From: a virus
Strand: one strand, 5' to 3'
Virus record (IMG/VR): IMGVR_UViG_3300009149_000025
Location: 5,825-69,824 of that record
Length of the DNA: 64,000 bases
Below the pieces are notes generated by a model that worked only from the letters and a program-made list of their open reading frames with translations, ran no database searches and was not told the DNA's origin. This document shows, piece by piece, positions 1 through 8,998 of the stretch. Position 1 is the stretch's first letter. Each line of letters starts with the position of its first letter. A program made the translations under genes and the position numbers.

Positions 1-13
1 AAAAGACATATTA

Positions 14-313
14 ATGGACGGCATAATTTTATATACTAAAGATGATGAATTAAAATGGGAAGTATATAACGAAAAAGATTTGATTAGTGAATATAAAACA
101 AAAACGATGATTTCTAACTCTAAAGAACTTCAAATTAGGTTTTACTGTAATTATAAAGACATGAAAAAATCAGCTATTGAAGTAAATATACAATCTGAAC
201 CAAATAGGATTACAACATACGCATATATGTTATCTACTGATTTTCATACAGGTAATAGATTTAAAGAATTATCAGATTTAATTAACAATAAGTTGAAAAG
301 AGTGATATCTTAA
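14..313 (+). CDS. hypothetical protein
   Basis: 99 aa ORF with ATG start; no recognisable motif. Confidence 0.5.
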   Translation: MDGIILYTKDDELKWEVYNEKDLISEYKTKTMISNSKELQIRFYCNYKDMKKSAIEVNIQSEPNRITTYAYMLSTDFHTGNRFKELSDLINNKLKRVIS

Positions 314-377
314 TTTTTTTATAAACATTTTTGATTTATTAATAATTTTTATTATTTTTATTCAAAATAGAATAAAT

Positions 378-881
378 ATGAAAAAGATTTTTATAGGACA
401 AACAGATCAAAGGTTAAAATTTTTAGATTTAAAATTTTCATTTAAAATTTATAAAGTAGATAGAAATAGTAAAAATATTATACAAAAAATATCCAAAGGT
501 ATAAAAGACGATACATTTTTAGTATCTGAAGGATTACTTGGTTATTACACATACTTTGCAGCAGGATTGATGGATAATTGTAAAATTTCCATAGTTATTA
601 ACCCAATTTTCTTTACTAAGAAAGGATTAATGGTAACTCCATCATATGATATTATCAGTGATAATATTAGTAAAAATTTAGTTGTATTACATAAAGATTT
701 ACCTTACTTAAAGGAAACTATTAAATTATTAGAATCTAATGGTAATAAGTATGAAATTGTGGAAAATACTTCTAATGGTGATATATCTGGTATAATTGAA
801 AAATTTACAAATCCAGATACAAAAACTAAACCTTCTTCAAGTTCAGGTAAAAAAATATGGGGATTAGGTATAGATTGGTAA
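378..881 (+). CDS. hypothetical protein
   Basis: 167 aa ORF with A-rich leader. Confidence 0.6.
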   Translation: MKKIFIGQTDQRLKFLDLKFSFKIYKVDRNSKNIIQKISKGIKDDTFLVSEGLLGYYTYFAAGLMDNCKISIVINPIFFTKKGLMVTPSYDIISDNISKNLVVLHKDLPYLKETIKLLESNGNKYEIVENTSNGDISGIIEKFTNPDTKTKPSSSSGKKIWGLGIDW

Positions 882-882
882 A

Positions 883-1140
883 TTAACTTCTGTTTAAAAA
901 TCTTTCTATATTTTGACAAAGTGGAGATTTTCCAGATATTCTTTCGTTAGTATCTTGACAATTAAATCCTACACCTTGATAGTATCTTAGTACTATATTT
1001 TCATTTATTTTAAATCCAGAATTAGATAATAAGAACTCTAGTGATTCTTCATCATAATTTTCATTCATATAAATAATGTTTTTACTAACATTTTTATCTA
1101 AATTTCTATCAACTAATTTTTGTAATTTATCTTTTATCAT
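883..1140 (-). CDS. hypothetical protein
   Basis: 85 aa ORF overlapping the end of 1127..1462. Confidence 0.5.
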   Translation of the reverse strand: MIKDKLQKLVDRNLDKNVSKNIIYMNENYDEESLEFLLSNSGFKINENIVLRYYQGVGFNCQDTNERISGKSPLCQNIERFLNRS

Positions 1141-1462
1141 TTGGTCCTACTTTTTTTATAAATATTCCACTTTCAGATAACCATTGAAACTCATAGAATA
1201 TACCTTCTACAACATCGTGAGCATCCGTATCTTCTATTATCTTAGTATCAACATTAATTAATAATTCATAATTTTCTTTATCAATTTCATTAATATCTAT
1301 TAATGTTATAGTATCTGTCCAATTCAATTCGTTTTTAATAGCATCTTTGATATTACTCTGTCCAGATACTTCTAATAAATAATCTTTATTTATTTTACAC
1401 TTAACTGTGAATTTCATATTATTTATATTTTCATTTAGATAATTTTTATATTTCTGTAACAT
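1127..1462 (-). CDS. hypothetical protein with capsid-targeting-like leader
   Basis: Starts MLQKYKNYLNE; upstream TTTAATATATA motif on the minus strand. Confidence 0.6.
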   Translation of the reverse strand: MLQKYKNYLNENINNMKFTVKCKINKDYLLEVSGQSNIKDAIKNELNWTDTITLIDINEIDKENYELLINVDTKIIEDTDAHDVVEGIFYEFQWLSESGIFIKKVGPNDKR

Positions 1463-1528
1463 TTGGTAGAATCATTTTTTATTTATATATTAAATATTAT
1501 ATATAGAATAAATTATAATGTTTTAAAA

Positions 1529-1741
1529 ATGGTAGATATTATAGAAGTACCATCAGGTGAAATAATAGAAGTGACTGAAAGACAGTTAAAAGGATTGATA
1601 CATCAAGGGTTAGTAACGTATGCTAAAAGTTACAATAATTCTGAAATAAATGGGTATGTCTTTTATTTGCCATATAAACAAGACATTTTTAATTATATCG
1701 ATAGAACAGGTATAGATAATTTTCAAAATTTTTTAAGATAA
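1529..1741 (+). CDS. small hypothetical protein, paralog of 1743..1994
   Basis: ATG at 1529 gives MVDIIEVPSGEIIEVTERQL, which aligns with the next ORF. Confidence 0.65.
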   Translation: MVDIIEVPSGEIIEVTERQLKGLIHQGLVTYAKSYNNSEINGYVFYLPYKQDIFNYIDRTGIDNFQNFLR

Positions 1742-1742
1742 G

Positions 1743-1994
1743 ATGGATAGAAATGACATTGTAGGATTACCATCAGGACAAGTGATAAGTGTCACTACAG
1801 GACAGTTAAACTATCTTAAAGGTTTATATTTAGTCTATTCCGTCCCCAAATATAATGGTAAAGATTTAGGTTATGATTGCTTCTCAGATACACAATTTCA
1901 AGATGTTAAAGCTAAAGCTTTAGAACAAATACTAGATGAGATAACAAACGATGACGATGGTGATGATGGGGAGTATGGTGAAATATATTATTAA
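1743..1994 (+). CDS. small hypothetical protein, paralog of 1529..1741
   Basis: DIVGLPSGQVISVTTGQL; acidic C-terminal tail. Confidence 0.65.
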   Translation: MDRNDIVGLPSGQVISVTTGQLNYLKGLYLVYSVPKYNGKDLGYDCFSDTQFQDVKAKALEQILDEITNDDDGDDGEYGEIYY

Positions 1995-2131
1995 CAATTT
2001 TAAATCTGTGACGACCAACATTATATAACCGATCATACAAGATCATGATATATATAAATATATTATAATATTATTAAATCCTGTTATACCCTAATTTTTA
2101 ACTATATACTAGGTAAAATAACAAATTTGAT

Positions 2132-2812
2132 ATGGTATATGTTGGTATAGATATTTCGGTTAATTCGACTGCAGTTTCAATTTTTGATGGTGAATATAAT
2201 TTTTATAATTATACAACAAAGAAATCCAATTACACTTGGATAAAAAAAACAATAGATATAATCAATTTTAGATTTTTCCATTTTGGTTATAAAGATATTG
2301 TTGAATTCTCAGATAAATTATTATCGAAAGTAAAAGATTACGATAGTTATTCAGATTTAATTATTAATGATATAAAAAGTCATGGATGTATTCCATGTGG
2401 TGATAAATTTGTAATAGGTATTGAAGGATATAACTATGGTCTGAAGACAACAGATTCTATTATAGATCTTGCTGAATTAAGTAGTATTATAAAAATGAAA
2501 TTGGTAAAGAACTTTCCTGACTCTCAAATTATTATAATGCCACCAAAGACTGTAAAGATAAAATCCTGTAAGATGGTATATAAGGTGATTGATGGTAAAA
2601 AGGTTGTTAGAAATGATAAAGGTGTTGCTGGTGGTAGTTTTGATAAGCATGATATGATGGTAGCTCTTTTGGATAGTAAAATGGAAAATAAATTAATAGA
2701 ATTTTTAAAAGAAAATCAGGAAATTTTATTAAATATGAAAAATATCCCTAAGCCGTGGGACGATATAACTGATTCTCTATTCATTATGGAAATTGTTAAA
2801 AATGAAATTTAA
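2132..2812 (+). CDS. RuvC-like Holliday junction resolvase (RNase H fold)
   Basis: YVGIDIS, IGIEGY and DDITDS give the RuvC acidic catalytic pattern. Confidence 0.75.
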   Translation: MVYVGIDISVNSTAVSIFDGEYNFYNYTTKKSNYTWIKKTIDIINFRFFHFGYKDIVEFSDKLLSKVKDYDSYSDLIINDIKSHGCIPCGDKFVIGIEGYNYGLKTTDSIIDLAELSSIIKMKLVKNFPDSQIIIMPPKTVKIKSCKMVYKVIDGKKVVRNDKGVAGGSFDKHDMMVALLDSKMENKLIEFLKENQEILLNMKNIPKPWDDITDSLFIMEIVKNEI

Positions 2813-3001
2813 CTTTTCATTTATTTTTTCGTTGTATTTAATTCTAAATAATTTTATATTATGTTTTTTACAATAATTATTTTTAATTTTATCATTTATT
2901 TTAGTATTCTTTAAATTATCATCACCACCAAAATAATCTATAGATTCAAAATGTTGAATTCCATCATATTCTATACAATAATTAGTTGTTAATTTTTTCA
3001 T
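2777..3001 (-). pseudogene. internally deleted PD-(D/E)XK/Vsr-like homing endonuclease remnant
   Basis: MKKLTT joined directly to YCIEYDGIQHF...KNNYCKKHNIKLFRIKYNE, matching the C-terminus of 9732..10631 but lacking the repeats and the FDFYLP motif. Confidence 0.7.
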
Positions 3002-3159
3002 ATAAACATATCTTTTTCTATTAGATTATTATCTTTCATATCTTTATATATTAAATATTCTACATATTTTGATTTATTTTCAAAATTTTCAGACAAGAAT
3101 TCTATGAGTTCTGGAATCAGAGTTATTGTTACTTTTTGTTTTGTTATTTTCTTTTTCAT
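2998..3159 (-). CDS. small ribbon-helix-helix-like protein (type B), not in ORF track
   Basis: Hand translation MKKKITKQKVTITLIPELIEFLSENFENKSKYVEYLIYKDMKDNNLIEKDMFI; paralog of 57019..57183; ATGA overlap with 2777..3001. Confidence 0.75.
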   Translation of the reverse strand: MKKKITKQKVTITLIPELIEFLSENFENKSKYVEYLIYKDMKDNNLIEKDMFI

Positions 3160-3257
3160 TTTGTTTTCTTTTTATTAGTATATATAAAATAAAATATATC
3201 ATATTTTTCCATTTTAGAACATGATTTATAAATATATAAGAATAAATTAGATAGAAT

Positions 3258-3434
3258 ATGATAGGAAGGCCTAAGATTAAAAATAAGAAAAAGAATTTAT
3301 CATTATCATTAAATATTGAATTAGTAAAGATATTAGATAAATATTTAGAAGATAAAGATATTAATAAATCTAAATATGTAGAATACCTTATTAAAAAGGA
3401 TATGAATAAATCAAATAAAGAATTTAATATATAG
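3258..3434 (+). CDS. small ribbon-helix-helix-like protein (type A), not in ORF track
   Basis: Hand translation MIGRPKIKNKKKNLSLSLNIELVKILDKYLEDKDINKSKYVEYLIKKDMNKSNKEFNI; paralog of 56730..56939. Confidence 0.75.
   Translation: MIGRPKIKNKKKNLSLSLNIELVKILDKYLEDKDINKSKYVEYLIKKDMNKSNKEFNI
3423..3433 (+). promoter_or_regulatory. recurrent TTTWATATATA motif, putative phage late promoter (representative copy)
   Basis: Same motif lies just upstream of many starts, e.g. 20534-20544, 36134-36144 and 48984-48994 (+), 38294-38304 and 56460-56470 (-). Confidence 0.6.
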
Positions 3435-3438
3435 ATAT

Positions 3439-3942
3439 ATGAAAAATTTTAAAGAATTCATGAACGAAAGTAATATAGACAAAGATACATTAGTTATTTC
3501 TGGATTTCCAGGTATAGGTAAGTCACATTTCTATAGAAAGAATGAAAAAGAAGGTAAAATTGTATTAGATTCTGATTCTAGTAAATTTAGTTGGATAAAA
3601 GATGAAAATGGTAATAACACTAAGGAAAGAGATCCAAATTTTCCTAATAATTATATTAAACACATAAAAGAAAATATAGGAAAAGCTGATATAATTTTAG
3701 TATCATCACATAAAATTGTTAGAGATGTTCTTGTAGAAAACAATATAACATTCACACTTGTTTATCCATCAAGAGAAATAAAAGAAGAATATTTACAACG
3801 ATATAAAGATAGAGGTAGTGATGGTCCTTTTGTGGAATTGTTAAATAATAATTGGGATAATTTTTTAGATGAATTAGAAGAACAAAAAGGTTGTGATAAA
3901 ATAGAATTAGAAGAAGGTAAATATCTTAGTGATTATTTATAA
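3439..3942 (+). CDS. P-loop NTPase / kinase
   Basis: Walker A GFPGIGKS; LDSDSS; leader MKNFKEFMNE. Confidence 0.7.
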   Translation: MKNFKEFMNESNIDKDTLVISGFPGIGKSHFYRKNEKEGKIVLDSDSSKFSWIKDENGNNTKERDPNFPNNYIKHIKENIGKADIILVSSHKIVRDVLVENNITFTLVYPSREIKEEYLQRYKDRGSDGPFVELLNNNWDNFLDELEEQKGCDKIELEEGKYLSDYL

Positions 3943-3974
3943 ACTCATTATTATATATTTATATATAAGTAGTT

Positions 3975-5492
3975 ATGATTATAGATAATAAATGTAAGAT
4001 TAAAATCACGAATAGGAATAAAAAATATTTTAAATCTAAAGGATATTTATGTGATAATGAATACGAAAATGTAAATCCAAATGATTTGAGTAATGGGAGT
4101 AATATTAAAATTACGGTTAAATGTGATTATTGTGATAATATAAAAAATATTTCTGTAAAAAATTATAATTCTGTAAAAAGTAAAAATAATGATGAATATT
4201 ATTGTTCTAAATGTTGGAATAAACGATTAAAAAAAATAATGATAGATAAATATGGAGTAGATATTCCATTAAGAAATAAAAAAATACAAGAAAAACAGAA
4301 AAATACATTATATAATAATTATGGTGTTTATCATCCATCTGAAAGTAAATTATTGAAAGGTAATTTAAAAAATATATTAATTGATAAATATGGTGTAGAT
4401 AATGTGTCAAAAATTGATACTGTTAAAATAAAAAAAATAAAATCCTTAAAAAAATCTTCTTTATTTAGATTAAAATCTAAATATAATGAAATAATAGATT
4501 TTGATTACGATACAAAGATATTGAAATGTGTATGTATTAATCATAATTATAATATATCATATGATTTATTTTACAATAGAAAGGAATTAAATACTGTAAT
4601 ATGTACAATATGTAATCCTATTAATAAAAATATATCTGGTTTAGAAATCCAATTACAAGATTTTATTAAAGACAATTACACTAATATTATATTAAATGAT
4701 AGACATTTAGGTAAAGAACTTGACATTTATGTTCCTGATTTAAAACTTGCATTTGAATTTAATGGTTTATATTGGCACAATGAAATTAATAAAGAAAATA
4801 ATTATCATTTAAATAAAACTGAATTATGTGAAGAACAAGGAATTCAATTGATTCATATTTATGAAGATGATTGGTTATATAAACAAGATATTGTTAAATC
4901 TGTGATATTAAATAAATTAGGTAAATCTGTAAATAAGATATATGCCAGAAAAACAGAAATCAGAGAAATAACTGATAATAAAATAGTTAGAGAATTTTTA
5001 AATAAAAACCATCTTCAAGGATTTATTGGTGGTAAAGTAAAATTAGGTTTATATTATGATAATAAATTGACTAGTTTAATGACATTCGGAAAAAGAAGGG
5101 TTGTAATGGGTAAAAAGGGTTCAGAAGAAGGAGAATATGAGTTATTAAGATTTTGTTCCAAACTAAATACAAATGTAGTTGGCGGTGCAAATAAATTATT
5201 TAAACATTTTGTTAGGAATTTTCAACCAAAAGAAATAACAACATATGCTGATATGTCATGGAGTAATGGTAATTTATATGAACAATTAGGGTTTGAATAT
5301 CAGGGCAAAACAAAACCTAATTATTATTATATAATTGATGGAATTAGACATTATAGATTCAACTACAGAAAAGATAAATTAATGAAAGAAGGATATTCTA
5401 AAGAAAAAACTGAAAAACAAATAATGTTAGATAGAGGAATTTATAGAATATATGATTCTGGTAATCTAAAATTTATATATAATATAATATGA
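3975..5492 (+). CDS. Hef-like homing endonuclease with zinc-finger repeats and C-terminal GNAT-like domain
   Basis: CDYC, CSKC and CTIC pairs; KYGVD repeats; ELDIYVPDLKLAFEFNGLYWH nuclease motif; ELLRFC...GGANKLF...TYAD C-terminal domain. Confidence 0.75.
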   Translation: MIIDNKCKIKITNRNKKYFKSKGYLCDNEYENVNPNDLSNGSNIKITVKCDYCDNIKNISVKNYNSVKSKNNDEYYCSKCWNKRLKKIMIDKYGVDIPLRNKKIQEKQKNTLYNNYGVYHPSESKLLKGNLKNILIDKYGVDNVSKIDTVKIKKIKSLKKSSLFRLKSKYNEIIDFDYDTKILKCVCINHNYNISYDLFYNRKELNTVICTICNPINKNISGLEIQLQDFIKDNYTNIILNDRHLGKELDIYVPDLKLAFEFNGLYWHNEINKENNYHLNKTELCEEQGIQLIHIYEDDWLYKQDIVKSVILNKLGKSVNKIYARKTEIREITDNKIVREFLNKNHLQGFIGGKVKLGLYYDNKLTSLMTFGKRRVVMGKKGSEEGEYELLRFCSKLNTNVVGGANKLFKHFVRNFQPKEITTYADMSWSNGNLYEQLGFEYQGKTKPNYYYIIDGIRHYRFNYRKDKLMKEGYSKEKTEKQIMLDRGIYRIYDSGNLKFIYNII

Positions 5493-6448
5493 AAAGAAGT
5501 GAAGATTATTTAAATTTTAATAAGCATAAACCTGAAAAGGTAAAGGGAGAATTCTATACAATAAGAAATACTGTCAATGAAAAGAATATTCCTTTAAATA
5601 AAAGAAAATATAACAGTAGAGGTAATGTAATTAATGAAGCCCAAGATTTAGATGCGTCTTTGATACAAGGATTACCTGTAAACCAAAGAGTAAAATTTGA
5701 TCAGGGATTAATGGTTAAAGCTATTCAAAATGGTTTAGTTATAATGATTAATTATAATGGCGATAAAGATAATTGGAAAGGTGGAAGAGAAAGAGTTATA
5801 TATCCAATGGTTATTGGTGTTAATAGAAATACTGGTAATATGTTAATTAGAGGTTGGCATTTAACAGGTTGGTCTGTATCTAAAAAGAGAAATGTTGCAA
5901 AAGAATGGAGATTGTTTAAAGCTAAAAATATTAAATCAATGATGTTCACTGGTGACTTTTATAGATTAATACCAAAGGGATATAAGATGAATGATAGGGT
6001 AATGACCGAAAGATTAATTAAGTCTGCAGATTTTAATGAAATTAGAAGAAATCAAGATGCTTTGGTTAAATCAGGTAAGTTAGAAACTATGCAAAAACAA
6101 ACAATAGGACAAGAAGAATTAGGTGGGATAGTAAAATTAGATGCAAGAACAACCGATACAATTTTTAATTTAGCATTGCCATTTGATAATGAATACACTT
6201 CTGATTATGAAAAGAAACCAGAAGATATGAAGATGACTTTCATGAAAAATATAAATAAAAATGAACATGTTGCTATTGTAGGTGCTTTAGGTACAGTTAA
6301 TAGAACAGTTAAATTATATGATGGTAAAGAATTCATTGGAAATTTTAAAGTTAGAAAAAGTGTTAAAGGTAGAGATATAAAAACTACAAGAAATATAGAT
6401 GGACAAACCGAATTTCCATTGTATACATTTAATGAAGTAATGAAATAA
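5489..6448 (+). CDS. WYL-like domain protein
   Basis: ERVIYPMVIG...GNMLIRGW...EWRLFKAKNI resembles the WYL pattern. Confidence 0.5.
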   Translation: MKRSEDYLNFNKHKPEKVKGEFYTIRNTVNEKNIPLNKRKYNSRGNVINEAQDLDASLIQGLPVNQRVKFDQGLMVKAIQNGLVIMINYNGDKDNWKGGRERVIYPMVIGVNRNTGNMLIRGWHLTGWSVSKKRNVAKEWRLFKAKNIKSMMFTGDFYRLIPKGYKMNDRVMTERLIKSADFNEIRRNQDALVKSGKLETMQKQTIGQEELGGIVKLDARTTDTIFNLALPFDNEYTSDYEKKPEDMKMTFMKNINKNEHVAIVGALGTVNRTVKLYDGKEFIGNFKVRKSVKGRDIKTTRNIDGQTEFPLYTFNEVMK

Positions 6449-6458
6449 AATAATTATT

Positions 6459-7265
6459 ATGAAAAGGTTTAATAAATTTATTAATGAAATTAATTTTGAT
6501 GATTTCGAAGACGAATTTGATTTCGAAGACGAATTTGATTTCGAAGAAGAAGAATTTGATAGAGTTTATGGGTATACCTGTCAATATAGTAAACGTGATA
6601 TATTATCATCCAGAGTTACGAATAAAGAAATTAAATATAAAGAATTAAAAACTTTTGATTTAAGTTATGAAAATATTCCATTTACAATAGAAATGAACAC
6701 AAGTGGTTTTGCTGGTTCAGATGCTCCTATTATTTTAGTGAAATTTATAATAGATAGAGCAGTAGTTGATGCATTAGAAGATGATGAATGTATAGGATTT
6801 AATAGTACTTATGGTGGTAATAAAAATATAGATTTGAGAGCAGGTTCATATGTTAAAAAGTATGGAATGCATAAATTAATACCTGTTTATAAGAAAGCAT
6901 ATGAATGGGTGTATGATGATGAATTTCCTTTTAAACATATAAAAGAGTCAAGACAAAGTGTTAGAGTTTATAGAGAAGATTGGAAAAAATTTGTAGATAT
7001 GTTATCTAATGGAAAATGGGGACAAACTAAATTTGGTAAATATGTTAAAAGTAAAAAACCTTTATGGTGTGCTCATCACGACTGGAATGAAGTCACATAT
7101 GATGATTTTGAAAGATATTATCCCAATAAAGATTATATATATGTTTATGGATTTAGTGGATGTTTAATACCTCATTATACCAAAAAATATAGACATCATT
7201 ATGGAAAATATTATGTAGATTTTAAAGACATTTTAAGCCATGATGCTACTTATAAAAAATATTGA
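6459..7265 (+). CDS. hypothetical protein with capsid-targeting-like and acidic leader
   Basis: MKRFNKFINEINFDDFEDEFDFEDEFDFEEEE. Confidence 0.65.
   Translation: MKRFNKFINEINFDDFEDEFDFEDEFDFEEEEFDRVYGYTCQYSKRDILSSRVTNKEIKYKELKTFDLSYENIPFTIEMNTSGFAGSDAPIILVKFIIDRAVVDALEDDECIGFNSTYGGNKNIDLRAGSYVKKYGMHKLIPVYKKAYEWVYDDEFPFKHIKESRQSVRVYREDWKKFVDMLSNGKWGQTKFGKYVKSKKPLWCAHHDWNEVTYDDFERYYPNKDYIYVYGFSGCLIPHYTKKYRHHYGKYYVDFKDILSHDATYKKY
6501..6547 (+). repeat. 18-bp coding tandem repeat GATTTCGAAGACGAATTT, about 2.6 copies
   Basis: Read directly from the sequence; encodes DFEDEF units. Confidence 0.85.
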
Positions 7266-7271
7266 TAAATA

Positions 7272-7700
7272 ATGTTTGAATTTCTAAGTGAAATGATAAA
7301 TAAAAAAGGTAAAGTAAGAAAAGTCAAATTACATTTATCCGAAAATTTTCTTAAATTTGTATTGAATAACAGAATTAAAGCATCTGATCTATTAATGGAT
7401 TTTAAGGAAGAATGTGAAATTTGTTATGTTGATATATCTAAAAATGCTGGATATGTTAAGATAATGACAACATCTAAATATTTACATATTCTTAAAAAGA
7501 ATAAAATAGATGGGATGGAAAACGAATTTTTAAAATATTATAAAGATAAAGAAAACGATATCAAAGAAGTAGAACAAAGTATTCAAGAAATGAGAATAGG
7601 TAGATTTATAAATAATATTGTAGAAATCGAACCATATGATGTAGAAACTTTTGTGATAAGATATAAATATTTCCAAGAAAATGAAGTTAAAATAATGTGA
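7272..7700 (+). CDS. hypothetical protein, short member of the 26175/49015 family
   Basis: LHLSENFLK...YVDIS...MRIGRFINNI...VETFV matches the N-terminal half of 49015..50046 and 26175..27251. Confidence 0.55.
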   Translation: MFEFLSEMINKKGKVRKVKLHLSENFLKFVLNNRIKASDLLMDFKEECEICYVDISKNAGYVKIMTTSKYLHILKKNKIDGMENEFLKYYKDKENDIKEVEQSIQEMRIGRFINNIVEIEPYDVETFVIRYKYFQENEVKIM

Positions 7701-7729
7701 TAAGTTCTTGTTAAGAATAAGTTAAAATC

Positions 7730-8983
7730 TTAAACGACATACCAATCATCACATATATACCAGGGATAAAATTTTATTATTTTCATTATTTTTACACCTT
7801 GTTTATCTTTATCAATCATTGATACTGTATGATCATATTTCCAAGTAGATGTTAATTTTCCTTCTGTATATATTCCATCATTATTTTCATTGAATGTTCT
7901 ACGGTATGTTTTATTTTTACATCTCACAATATCACCAACTTTAATTTCATTTGGTTGTTCTTCTTCGAAGTCAAAATCTTCATCATTAAAGTCAAAACTC
8001 TCTATAATTATATCATCAACACAATCAAATGGTATAAACCAATCATTATCATCAAAGTCGAATGATTCATTAATTATTTTATATAAATCAAATTTTTGTA
8101 CATACCACCCATGTCCATATGGACAACCATATCCAGTTGCGTGATTCATTTCCCTATCATTCATTATACTATCTGGTAAATTTTTATCAAAATTTACATA
8201 TATATTCCAACTACTACGGATATTTAAAATTGTTCCTTTACCATATTTTTTATGAAATACTCTTTCTCCAACTTTGAATTTAGTCCCATAAGGTGGTTTA
8301 ATAATCTTTGGTTTTTTAAATTCTTCTTCATCCCAATCAAAGTCATCATCATCAAAATCAAATTGTTCATTAAATTTTATTATTCCATTTTCTTTTAGTG
8401 GAACATATTTATCAACTTTTCTTTTATATAATTTACCATCATATTTCATGAATTTATATTTCCCATCAAGATTATAAACGATATAATAACTATCAGGTTT
8501 CAATTCCGAAAAATATTTCATATTTTTAAATTGGTTTTCATATGCTAAATTTATAAAATCAATATCAACATTTCTTTCTCTTTTTTTATTTTGTTTTAAA
8601 GATAAATCTTTAGTGCCCATTAGATGAATGAATAAAATAGTATAATTATGTTCTTTTGATAAATTTGTAATATTGGTAATATTATCTTTTTGTGTTCCTG
8701 TTGTATCATATATGAATGATTTTCCATATTCTATAAATAGTTTCAATCTTCTAACATTTAATTCTGATGTACCTTCTTTATATCTATTAGGATCTTTTGT
8801 AAATACTAATGAAACATCATCAGTTGAAAATATTTTAATATTTTGATTTTTATTTAAAATATAGTTTTTAGCGAATGTTGATTTACCAATACCAGGTGCC
8901 CCCAATAAAATTATACCTAATTTATCATTTCTTGTTATTTCAGGTATGGGATCATTTTTTGAATGTTCATATATTTGATGCAT
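7730..8983 (-). CDS. AAA_33/zeta-like P-loop kinase fused to small domains separated by acidic linkers
   Basis: GAPGIGKSTF, YDTTG; three internal (N/I)E(Q/S)FDF-acidic linkers. Confidence 0.7.
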   Translation of the reverse strand: MHQIYEHSKNDPIPEITRNDKLGIILLGAPGIGKSTFAKNYILNKNQNIKIFSTDDVSLVFTKDPNRYKEGTSELNVRRLKLFIEYGKSFIYDTTGTQKDNITNITNLSKEHNYTILFIHLMGTKDLSLKQNKKRERNVDIDFINLAYENQFKNMKYFSELKPDSYYIVYNLDGKYKFMKYDGKLYKRKVDKYVPLKENGIIKFNEQFDFDDDDFDWDEEEFKKPKIIKPPYGTKFKVGERVFHKKYGKGTILNIRSSWNIYVNFDKNLPDSIMNDREMNHATGYGCPYGHGWYVQKFDLYKIINESFDFDDNDWFIPFDCVDDIIIESFDFNDEDFDFEEEQPNEIKVGDIVRCKNKTYRRTFNENNDGIYTEGKLTSTWKYDHTVSMIDKDKQGVKIMKIIKFYPWYICDDWYVV

Positions 8984-8998
8984 TTTAATTGTTTAATT

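Noticed and set aside
1995-2131. Intergenic stretch with two GATCAT copies as a possible ncRNA or origin
   Set aside because: No convincing stem-loop or iteron array; too short and AT-rich to support a call.
6501-6547. Possible CRISPR-like or regulatory repeat
   Set aside because: The 18-bp units are head-to-tail with no spacers and encode the acidic DFEDEF tract.
7263-7703. TGA stops followed directly by TAA (7263, 7698) as a sign of leaky UGA
   Set aside because: Back-up stops are common by chance in DNA this AT-rich, and the sample is too small without a genome-wide count.
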